Origin: Candidatus Nealsonbacteria bacterium
GTDB lineage: Bacteria > Patescibacteriota > Minisyncoccia > Minisyncoccales > PWPS01
Direction of reading: 5' to 3'
Assembly (NCBI GenBank): GCA_003559635.1
Contig: PWKU01000027.1
Span: 1-53,708 of the forward strand
Length of the DNA: 53,708 nt
Every line of letters begins with the position of its first letter. Positions within the stretch are counted from its first letter, which is position 1. Positions 1 to 6,725 of the stretch are shown one piece after another. The position numbers and the translations under genes are program-made. The notes below the pieces were generated by a model that saw only the letters and a list, made by a program, of their open reading frames with translations, did no database searches and was not told where the DNA came from.

Positions 1-108
1 AGAGGTAAAGGAAGAAAAGAAAAAAGACAAGAAGAAAGAGGTAAAGGAAGAAAAGAAAAAAGACAAGAAGAAAGAGGTAAAAGAAGAGGAGAAAGAAGAC
101 AAAAAGAA
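1..108 (+). repeat. In-frame 36-bp tandem repeat inside a K/E-rich coding tail
   Basis: Units 1-36 and 37-72 are identical (agaggtaaaggaagaaaagaaaaaagacaagaagaa). 73-108 is a diverged third unit and a partial fourth follows. Each unit encodes EVKEEKKKDKKK in the open frame. Confidence 0.85.
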
Positions 109-166
109 AGAGGTAAAGAATAAACAAGAGATAAAAGAAGAGGGAGAAGAAAAGGCTAAAAAATAG
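2..166 (+). CDS. 3' end of a CDS cut by the window edge: K/E-rich C-terminal tail, probably ribosomal protein L15 by position
   Basis: The frame from nt 2 is open to TAG at 164-166 (...EVKNKQEIKEEGEEKAKK*). It is absent from the ORF track because no start lies in the window. The gene preceding secY in spc operons is normally rplO. Confidence 0.45.
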   Translation, partial: EVKEEKKKDKKKEVKEEKKKDKKKEVKEEEKEDKKKEVKNKQEIKEEGEEKAKK

Positions 167-205
167 GGAGAGTTTCCCTATAAATTTCGATATTTGCTAA
201 AAACC

Positions 206-1486
206 ATGTTTGAGAAATTTATAAAAATATTTCAATTACCAGATTTAAGGAAGAAAATTCTTTTCGTCCTCGGAGCTTTTGCTGTTTTTCGTTTTATGGC
301 AAATATTCCTATGCCGGGATTTGACGCGGATAAAATGCAGGAGCTTTTTAGCCGTTTTCAAATGTTTCAATTTGCGGATCTTTTAGTCGGGGGAACACTC
401 GACCAATTTTCTATTGTGATGCTTGGTTTGGGACCTTACATTACTTCGGTTATTGTTATCCAACTTCTCACGCTCGTTTGGCCCAAGCTTCAAAGGATGT
501 ACAGGGAAGAAGGTGATGCCGGCCGCCAAAAGGTAAACCAGTACGGAAGATTAATGACGGTTCCTTTTGCTATTGTCCAAACCTTCGGGATGCTTACTCT
601 TTTTCAGAACCAAGGGGTCATTCCTCCGCTCGATATCCTGCAAATGGTAAATATTTTAGCGGTTGTTACCGGTGGAACGGTGTTTTTAATGTGGCTGGGA
701 GAGCTTATTACTGAGAGAGGAATAGGAAACGGTGTTTCACTCCTGATTTTTGCGGGAATTATATCTTCTGTCCCCGCCCATATTGGGCAAATGGTTGTGG
801 ATGTTATGTTTAATCCCGACGTGGTTCCCATGTATCTTTTGTTTTTCCTTATCGGGGCTCCGATTATCGCTTCTGTTGTTCATGTTAACGAAGCAAGGAG
901 AAATATACCGGTTTCTTATGCAAGAAGGGTTAGGGGTAGAAAAATGTATGGAGGAGCTTCTACTTATTTACCGCTCAGTCTTAATCCTGCGGGAGTAATT
1001 CCCATTATTTTTGCAATGTCGATGGTTGTTCTTCCGACAATGCTGGTCGGGTTCCTTATTGAAATTGAAGGAGTAGTGGGGAGCATTGCTCAGGCTGTTT
1101 CTGTTTTTCTTGAAACAAACTGGATCTACGGAGGGTTAATATTTATTCTGGTTTGCCTCTTTACTTATTTTTATACAGCGGTAACTTTTGATCCGAAAAA
1201 TATTTCCGAAAATCTACAAAAAATGGGGGGCTTTGTTCCGGGAATAAGACCCGGAAGGCCTACAGCAAATCATATTAATTATATTTTGAACAGAGTGCTT
1301 CTTTTGGGAGCGCTGTTTTTGGCTACTGTGGCTGTATTGCCGATGGCAGTTTCCGCCATTACCGACGTTGAGGCGTTCGGCTTTCTTATTGGTGGTGCAT
1401 CTCTAATAATTATTGTGAGCGTTGTTCTGGAGACTATAAGACAGATAAACGCTCAACTCCAGATGAGGGAGTATGAAACGATATAA
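206..1486 (+). CDS. secY: Preprotein translocase subunit SecY
   Basis: Multi-TM protein with SecY-like blocks (LPDLRKKILFVLG, GNGVSLLIFAGI, ASTYLPLSLNPAGVIPIIFA). It sits directly before adk. ATG at 206 is preferred over the TTG at 194 used by the track. Confidence 0.95.
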   Translation: MFEKFIKIFQLPDLRKKILFVLGAFAVFRFMANIPMPGFDADKMQELFSRFQMFQFADLLVGGTLDQFSIVMLGLGPYITSVIVIQLLTLVWPKLQRMYREEGDAGRQKVNQYGRLMTVPFAIVQTFGMLTLFQNQGVIPPLDILQMVNILAVVTGGTVFLMWLGELITERGIGNGVSLLIFAGIISSVPAHIGQMVVDVMFNPDVVPMYLLFFLIGAPIIASVVHVNEARRNIPVSYARRVRGRKMYGGASTYLPLSLNPAGVIPIIFAMSMVVLPTMLVGFLIEIEGVVGSIAQAVSVFLETNWIYGGLIFILVCLFTYFYTAVTFDPKNISENLQKMGGFVPGIRPGRPTANHINYILNRVLLLGALFLATVAVLPMAVSAITDVEAFGFLIGGASLIIIVSVVLETIRQINAQLQMREYETI

Positions 1487-1575
1487 CCGACCAACGGCCA
1501 TAAGATTATATGGCCGGTAGCGAATACAATGTACTTGTGCTTATAGGTATCAAAAGGTTATAAGTTAAATAAATT

Positions 1576-2280
1576 ATGTCTAACGGTAAACTCGTAATTC
1601 TCTTTGGCTCTCCGGGATCTGGAAAGGGGACTCAAGCCCTTCTTCTGGCCGATAAGAAGAAAATGACTCATTTGGAGGCAAGTAAGATCTTGGAAAAAAA
1701 GTTTATTAAGGCAAAGAGTGAAGATGTTGTTAAGTTGGATGGCACGGAATATAGTCTAAAAGAACAAGAGCGCAGATGGAGAGAGGGTCTTCTCGTCGAA
1801 GACGGTTTTGTCGCCCATGTAATGAAGGAAAGTGTTGAAGCCGCGAGAGAAGATGGGCTAAGTGTTTTGGTTGACGGATATCCAAGAACGGTGGGCCAAG
1901 TGGAGCTTGCCCTTCCTTTTATTCTTTCGCTTTACAAAGTCTCCGATATTCTTGTTATTTATTTAGAAGTGGGAGAAGAAGAGTCCTTCAAAAGGAACAG
2001 CAATAGAAGAGTTTGTTCTTTGATGAGGCATTCTATTATTAATCTTCCAGAGACAAAAGATCTTACAGTATGTCCCGTGGACGGTTCTTCCTTGGAAAAA
2101 AGAACCTTAGATAAGCCGGAAACAATAAAAGTAAGACTGAAGAATTTCCGGAAAAAAACTCTGCCGGTAATTGATTACCTGGAATCTCAAAAAATACAAG
2201 TTTCTCGAATAGACGGAGTCGGTTCAATCAGCGACGTTTTCTTTCGCATTTTAAAAGAAGCAGAAAAATTCGGGATATAA
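1576..2280 (+). CDS. adk: Adenylate kinase paralog, long-LID type, divergent NMP-binding region
   Basis: P-loop GSPGSGKGTQA, VDGYPRT, LID-like RRVC...CPVDGSSLEKR, KVRLKNFRKKTLPVIDY. About 25 aa are inserted after the P-loop region and the usual STGD.LR block is replaced. Confidence 0.75.
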   Translation: MSNGKLVILFGSPGSGKGTQALLLADKKKMTHLEASKILEKKFIKAKSEDVVKLDGTEYSLKEQERRWREGLLVEDGFVAHVMKESVEAAREDGLSVLVDGYPRTVGQVELALPFILSLYKVSDILVIYLEVGEEESFKRNSNRRVCSLMRHSIINLPETKDLTVCPVDGSSLEKRTLDKPETIKVRLKNFRKKTLPVIDYLESQKIQVSRIDGVGSISDVFFRILKEAEKFGI

Positions 2281-2285
2281 GTACT

Positions 2286-2864
2286 ATGCAAGAATCTCCA
2301 AATATTTTCTTTCTTGTCGGACGACCCGGCTCTGGCAAAGGAACACAACTTTCTTTCTTAAAAGAGATGACCGGGTTTGATGTTGTAAAGACCGGAGACC
2401 TTCTTCGTGAGAGAGCTGAAAAGAAAGATATTGTGGGAGAAAAAACTAAAGAAGTTTTGTCCGAGGGTAAACTTATTCCGACTCCCATAGTTTTTTCATT
2501 GTGGATGCCACTTATTATTGACCTTCTCGGGAAGAACACAAAAGGATTAATTTTTGACGGAAATCCAAGAAAACTATATGAGGCACATATGCTAGAAGAG
2601 CTTTTTTCAATGCTTGACTTTAAAGAACCGATTGCCCTTTATGTGAGAATAAGTGAAGAAGAAGCATGTGAGAGACTTCTTAAAAGAGGGCGTGAAGACG
2701 ACAGGGAGAAAGATATCAAGGAAAGGTTAAGGTGGTTTAAAGAGGAAGTGATGCCGGTCGTTGACTATTACTCAAAAAAGGACAGGCTCATTGAGGTAAA
2801 CGGGGAGCAATCTCCCGAAGCCGTATGGAGAGAGATAGAGAAAAAAATAAAACATGTCCTATGA
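2286..2864 (+). CDS. Adenylate kinase paralog, short-LID type (AK1 / UMP-CMP-kinase-like architecture)
   Basis: P-loop GRPGSGKGTQ, TGDLLRE, FDGNPR, short LID KRGREDD, RLRWFKEEVMPVVDYY. Starts 6 nt after the first adk. Confidence 0.8.
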   Translation: MQESPNIFFLVGRPGSGKGTQLSFLKEMTGFDVVKTGDLLRERAEKKDIVGEKTKEVLSEGKLIPTPIVFSLWMPLIIDLLGKNTKGLIFDGNPRKLYEAHMLEELFSMLDFKEPIALYVRISEEEACERLLKRGREDDREKDIKERLRWFKEEVMPVVDYYSKKDRLIEVNGEQSPEAVWREIEKKIKHVL

Positions 2865-2981
2865 TTTGCCTAAAATCCGCCTGTCACGGAAAGTTTATTA
2901 TTGTAATACTCAAGCTGATGCCAATAAACCTCAGGATTAAGCTTTTAAAGCGATACAAAGAGGATTAGCTTTTTTATTTAT

Positions 2982-3734
2982 ATGGTACTAAAATCTGAAA
3001 AAGAAATTGCTGTAATGAGAGAGGGAGGAAAAATCCTGTCGGAAATAATGGAAAGGCTGGAGGACAAAGTTTCGCCCGGGGTTACTACGGCTTTTTTAGA
3101 CAGCTATGCCGAGAAAATTATCAAAGAGAAAAAAGGAAAACCTTCCTTTAAGGGGTACAGAAATTTTCCGGCCGCGCTTTGTGCAAGTGTCAATGAAGTG
3201 ATTGTCCACGGAACTCCCTCAGACGATGCTCTAAAAGAAGGAGATATTCTGTCTTTGGATTTAGGATTTTTCTATAAAGGATTTCACACCGACATGGCGG
3301 TAACAATTCCCGTTGGTAAAGTTGATGGAGAAACAAGGCGCCTTATAAGAGAAACAAAAAAGGCTCTTAAAAGGGGCATTAAACAAGTAAAAAAAGGTAG
3401 CACTCTCGGGGATGTGGGTAACACTATTTCAAGACACGTAAAAAGAAGCGGCTTTTTCGTTATAGAAGGGCTTTGTGGTCACGGGATAGGACGGGAGATA
3501 CACGAAGAACCGCAAATTTTGAATGAAGGGAAGAGACACAAGGGAATTCCCATCGAAACAGGGATGGTTTTTTGCATTGAACCAATGCTTTCAGTTGGAG
3601 GGAGAGAAATAAAAGAAGGCAGTGACGGAACGGGTATCCAAACGGCCGACGGTTCTCTTTCTGCACATTTTGAACACACTGTAGCGGTAACAGAAAAAGG
3701 ATGTGTTGTATTGACACAGGGCCGAAAAGAATAA
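2982..3734 (+). CDS. map: Methionine aminopeptidase type I
   Basis: 250 aa with VIVHGTP, LSLDLG, HGIGREIHEEP and FCIEP blocks. Canonical position after adk. Confidence 0.93.
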   Translation: MVLKSEKEIAVMREGGKILSEIMERLEDKVSPGVTTAFLDSYAEKIIKEKKGKPSFKGYRNFPAALCASVNEVIVHGTPSDDALKEGDILSLDLGFFYKGFHTDMAVTIPVGKVDGETRRLIRETKKALKRGIKQVKKGSTLGDVGNTISRHVKRSGFFVIEGLCGHGIGREIHEEPQILNEGKRHKGIPIETGMVFCIEPMLSVGGREIKEGSDGTGIQTADGSLSAHFEHTVAVTEKGCVVLTQGRKE

Positions 3735-3902
3735 TTTTCTTTCGAATTTTCTAAAGTTAATGTCATGCAGGTTTCTTACTGGTAAGTAACAATTGTCGTT
3801 ATTTGCTTTAAAGTATTGAAATCTGATATTTTCTCTTAAACAATGCGACCCAAAAAAGGAGTTATAAAAAAGGGGAGCCACAAAGGGACCCGGCTTGTTC
3901 TT

Positions 3903-3935
3903 AAAAATGTCAAAGGTGTCACCTTTGACATTTTT
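3903..3935. repeat. REP-like palindrome, family A, copy 1 (central base T)
   Basis: aaaaatgtcaaaggtg-t-cacctttgacattttt has 16-nt perfectly complementary arms. It carries TTGACA (3925-3930), placed 16 nt before TATCTT (3947-3952). Confidence 0.9.
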
Positions 3936-3999
3936 TCTCTATTGATTATCTTTATTAAAAGTCATTTTTTAGTAACGATTTAATTAAACGTAACGCAAG

Positions 4000-4746
4000 A
4001 TGCCCAAGAATCCACAATTTGAAACCGGTGAGATATACCATGTTTTTAACAGAGGTGTAGAAAAGAGAAATATTTACATGGAAGAGAACGATTGCTTCAG
4101 GTTTACTTATTCTCTCTATGAGTGTAATGATAGAAATGCTGTTATAATGCGCGACCGCATAGGACAAAGAATAAAACGCAAAAAACAAAAAAATGTCAAA
4201 GGTGACACCTTTGACATTTTTGGTAAGGAGAGAGAGAGGGAGTTTTTGGTGGAAGTTTTGGCTTTTACCCTTATGCCCAATCATTATCACTTAATCGTAA
4301 GGCAAGTGGTGGATGACGGAATTTCTCTTTTTATGAAAAAGTTGGGAAATGCCTATGTTGGTTATTTTAACGATAAATATAAAAGAAGAGGAATGGGCTC
4401 CCTGTTTCAGGGGCCCTTTAAAGCCGCTCATGTTAAAACTGATGAACAGTTTATTTATCTTGTTTGGTATGTATTTGCAAACCCACTGGATCTTTTTTGT
4501 GAAAGCTGGAAAAAGGAAGGAATAAAGAACACAAAAGAAGCCGTGGAATTTTTAGAAGCGTATAAATGGTCCAGTTACCCGGATTCTATTGGTAAGAAAA
4601 ATTTTCCCTCTGTGACAAACAGAGAAGTGCTGATAAATAATTTTGATAGCGTAAATGACATAAAAAGTTTTGTGGAAGAAAGAATCTTTGAAGAAAGCAA
4701 GCGAGACGCAAGCATCAAGAGAATAAAGGATTTTGTTTTAGAATAA
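4000..4746 (+). CDS. REP-associated tyrosine transposase (RAYT) / IS200-like Y1 HUH transposase
   Basis: N-terminal GEIYHVFNRGVEKR block, HUH motif in LMPNHYHLIV, and C-terminal ANPL...YKWSSYPD tyrosine block as in COG1943/PF01797 proteins. Flanked by family A palindromes. Confidence 0.8.
   Translation: MPKNPQFETGEIYHVFNRGVEKRNIYMEENDCFRFTYSLYECNDRNAVIMRDRIGQRIKRKKQKNVKGDTFDIFGKEREREFLVEVLAFTLMPNHYHLIVRQVVDDGISLFMKKLGNAYVGYFNDKYKRRGMGSLFQGPFKAAHVKTDEQFIYLVWYVFANPLDLFCESWKKEGIKNTKEAVEFLEAYKWSSYPDSIGKKNFPSVTNREVLINNFDSVNDIKSFVEERIFEESKRDASIKRIKDFVLE
4189..4221. repeat. REP-like palindrome, family A, copy 2 (central base A), inside the RAYT CDS in frame
   Basis: aaaaatgtcaaaggtg-a-cacctttgacattttt occupies exactly codons 64-74 (KNVKGDTFDIF) of the 4000-4746 ORF. 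Confidence 0.9.
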
Positions 4747-4775
4747 AATGTCAAAGGTGACACCTTTGACATTTT
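4745..4775. repeat. REP-like palindrome, family A, copy 3 (central base A); probable terminator of the RAYT gene
   Basis: aaaatgtcaaaggtg-a-cacctttgacatttt overlaps the TAA stop (4744-4746) and is followed by a T run. Confidence 0.85.
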
Positions 4776-4779
4776 TTGT

Positions 4780-4808
4780 TTGTAAAATGTCTTTTTATTT
4801 TGTATAAT
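4780..4808 (+). promoter_or_regulatory. Sigma70-like promoter upstream of the galT-like gene
   Basis: TTGTAA (4780-4785), 17-nt spacer, TATAAT (4803-4808) preceded by TG. Lies 52 nt before the ATG at 4860. Confidence 0.45.
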
Positions 4809-4859
4809 GACGTGCAGATTAAAAACAATGCCGTGTAGATTAAAAATTATTTAAAAAAC

Positions 4860-5897
4860 ATGAGTGAAGAAAAAAAAGATGGACAAGAAAACAACTTCCC
4901 TTCCGAGCTTCGTTATGATATTTCTTCGGGAGACTGGGTGGTAATAGCATCCGGTAGGGCGAAGCGCCCGGAAATGTTTAAGAAGGACAAGAGAGTAAAA
5001 GAAGAGTCTTCCGAAAAAGACTGCCCTTTTTGTGATTTTGATAATTTACAAAACGCAGTGGTTTCTTTTGAAAACGGAGAAAAGCAAGAGACACTTACTG
5101 AAAAGTGGAGTGCGATTTCCATACCTAATAAGTTTCCCGCTTTTCAGCCGGCGGAGAACTTGGAAAAAAGGTATGAAAACAGCTTGTACCAGACAATGAA
5201 TGCTGTTGGTTATCATGAGGTTGTGATTACCCGTGACCACCACAAGTCGCTGGGTCAGTTGCCAAAAGACAAGGTCAGAGAGGCCATGGCTCTTTACAAG
5301 CAAAGGTATCTGGAGTTGAAAGAAAAAAAGCATGTAAACTATGTTTCTATTTTTCACAATCATGGTGTGGAAGCGGGAGCCTCTATTGCTCATCCTCATT
5401 CTCAGATAGTAACTACTCCTCTTATCGATGTTGATTTGAACAAGGCCCTTTCAAAAGGAAGGGCGTACAGTGAAAGCAAGAAAGACTGCATATACTGTAG
5501 AATGAACGACTGGGAAATGAGAAGGAAAGAAAGAATTGTTTATGAAAACGATCTCTTCTTGGCGGTTTGTCCATTTGCTTCTAAGGCCGCTTTCCAAATT
5601 ATTATTTCTCCCAAAAAGCACTTAGCATACTTTGAAAACATAGATGAGAAAGAGCTTGATTATCTTTCAGATGTTTTTAGCGTGGCGCTTTCCAAAATTT
5701 ATAAGGGTCTGAATGATCCTCCCTATAATTTTTATCTTCATTGTGCTCCCTCGGACGGAATGGATCACGGATATTATCATTGGCACTGGACAATTCTTCC
5801 CAAAACCTCCACTTGGGCCGGTTTTGAACTTGGAGCAAGAATGGAGATATCCACTATTAAACCGGAAAAGGCGGCGGAATATTTGAAAGAACAATAG
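4860..5897 (+). CDS. Galactose-1-phosphate uridylyltransferase-like (GalT-type HIT family nucleotidyltransferase)
   Basis: CPFC zinc motif near the N-terminus and the HPHSQIV (H-x-H-x-Q) active-site block. 345 aa, two-HIT-lobe size. Confidence 0.7.
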   Translation: MSEEKKDGQENNFPSELRYDISSGDWVVIASGRAKRPEMFKKDKRVKEESSEKDCPFCDFDNLQNAVVSFENGEKQETLTEKWSAISIPNKFPAFQPAENLEKRYENSLYQTMNAVGYHEVVITRDHHKSLGQLPKDKVREAMALYKQRYLELKEKKHVNYVSIFHNHGVEAGASIAHPHSQIVTTPLIDVDLNKALSKGRAYSESKKDCIYCRMNDWEMRRKERIVYENDLFLAVCPFASKAAFQIIISPKKHLAYFENIDEKELDYLSDVFSVALSKIYKGLNDPPYNFYLHCAPSDGMDHGYYHWHWTILPKTSTWAGFELGARMEISTIKPEKAAEYLKEQ

Positions 5898-6004
5898 GAC
5901 GAAAAGTTTTTAATTTTGTGCCTATGGGATTTGAGTGTTGTTTGGTGTAAGACAGAGGCTTAGGAAAAATTTGGACACAAATTAGCAAATAAAAATAAGA
6001 TTTT

Positions 6005-6721
6005 ATGAGTGGTATTCTTGTTGTTGCCAACTGGAAAATGAATCCGCGAACGGAAAGAGAGGCCAAGGAGATGGCGTCTTATTCTGATGAACGGGGAGTT
6101 GTTGTCTGTCCCCCGTTTGTTTTTTTGGATATGGTGGGGAAAACACTCAAAAAGGCGGAACTGGGAGCACAAAACTGTTTTGGGAGTCCGACAGCTGGCG
6201 GAGGGCCCTTTACGGGGGAAGTGTCTTCTGCAATGCTTAAGGACAGAAACTGTAAATATGTTATTGTCGGACACTCGGAAAGAAGGAAGCCCTGTAATGA
6301 AGATTCTAGCGTTATAAAAGACAAAATAAGAGCTTCCTTGAAAGAAAAAATAGTGCCGATACTATGCGTAATTGAAGAAGAGAAAGAGGATGGAGCTCTG
6401 GAAAGTATAAGAAAACAGTTGCTGGAAATTTTAGAAGAAGAGTTTTTTAAAGAAATTATTATTGCTTACGAGCCGGTGTACGCGATTGGGACGGGAGATT
6501 ATTGCGATATCGAAGAAGCGGAAAAGAAAAAAGTTTTTATAAAAAGTGTTCTCGTTAAGAATTATAAAAAAGCAAAAAATGTACCCATTCTTTACGGGGG
6601 AAGTGTTGATTCCAAAAACGCGAAAGATTATATCAAGAGGGGAGGGTTTGATGGTCTTTTGGTGGGGACGGCCTCTCTTAAGAAAAGTGAGTTTAAAAAG
6701 ATAGTTGAAAGGGTCACGTAA
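6005..6721 (+). CDS. tpiA: Triosephosphate isomerase
   Basis: VVANWKMN, IVGHSERR, AYEPVYAIGTG and LYGGSV blocks. Confidence 0.88.
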   Translation: MSGILVVANWKMNPRTEREAKEMASYSDERGVVVCPPFVFLDMVGKTLKKAELGAQNCFGSPTAGGGPFTGEVSSAMLKDRNCKYVIVGHSERRKPCNEDSSVIKDKIRASLKEKIVPILCVIEEEKEDGALESIRKQLLEILEEEFFKEIIIAYEPVYAIGTGDYCDIEEAEKKKVFIKSVLVKNYKKAKNVPILYGGSVDSKNAKDYIKRGGFDGLLVGTASLKKSEFKKIVERVT

Positions 6722-6725
6722 TAAT

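Larger units (their letters stand above)
3903..4775 (+). mobile_element. REP - RAYT/IS200-type Y1 transposase - REP module
   Basis: A transposase ORF is bracketed by copies of one perfect palindrome. The flanking copies are inverted relative to each other, judged by their single central base. Confidence 0.6.

Noticed and set aside
1-108. Possible CRISPR array or other non-coding tandem repeat (also 53309-53392)
   Set aside because: The units are contiguous with no spacers, are multiples of 3 nt, and lie in open reading frames continuous with ribosomal protein genes. No cas genes are present.
194-205. N-terminal extensions in the ORF track at non-ATG starts (194, 6705, 10591, 16947, 20702, 30789, 51568, and 37429 on the minus strand)
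   Set aside because: Each extension overlaps the upstream gene or non-coding repeats. In every case an in-frame ATG downstream reproduces the conserved family N-terminus.
1495-1516. Hairpin cggccata-agatta-tatggccg after secY
   Set aside because: It has an 8-bp stem but no T tract and no second copy in the window. This is insufficient to call a terminator or repeat element.
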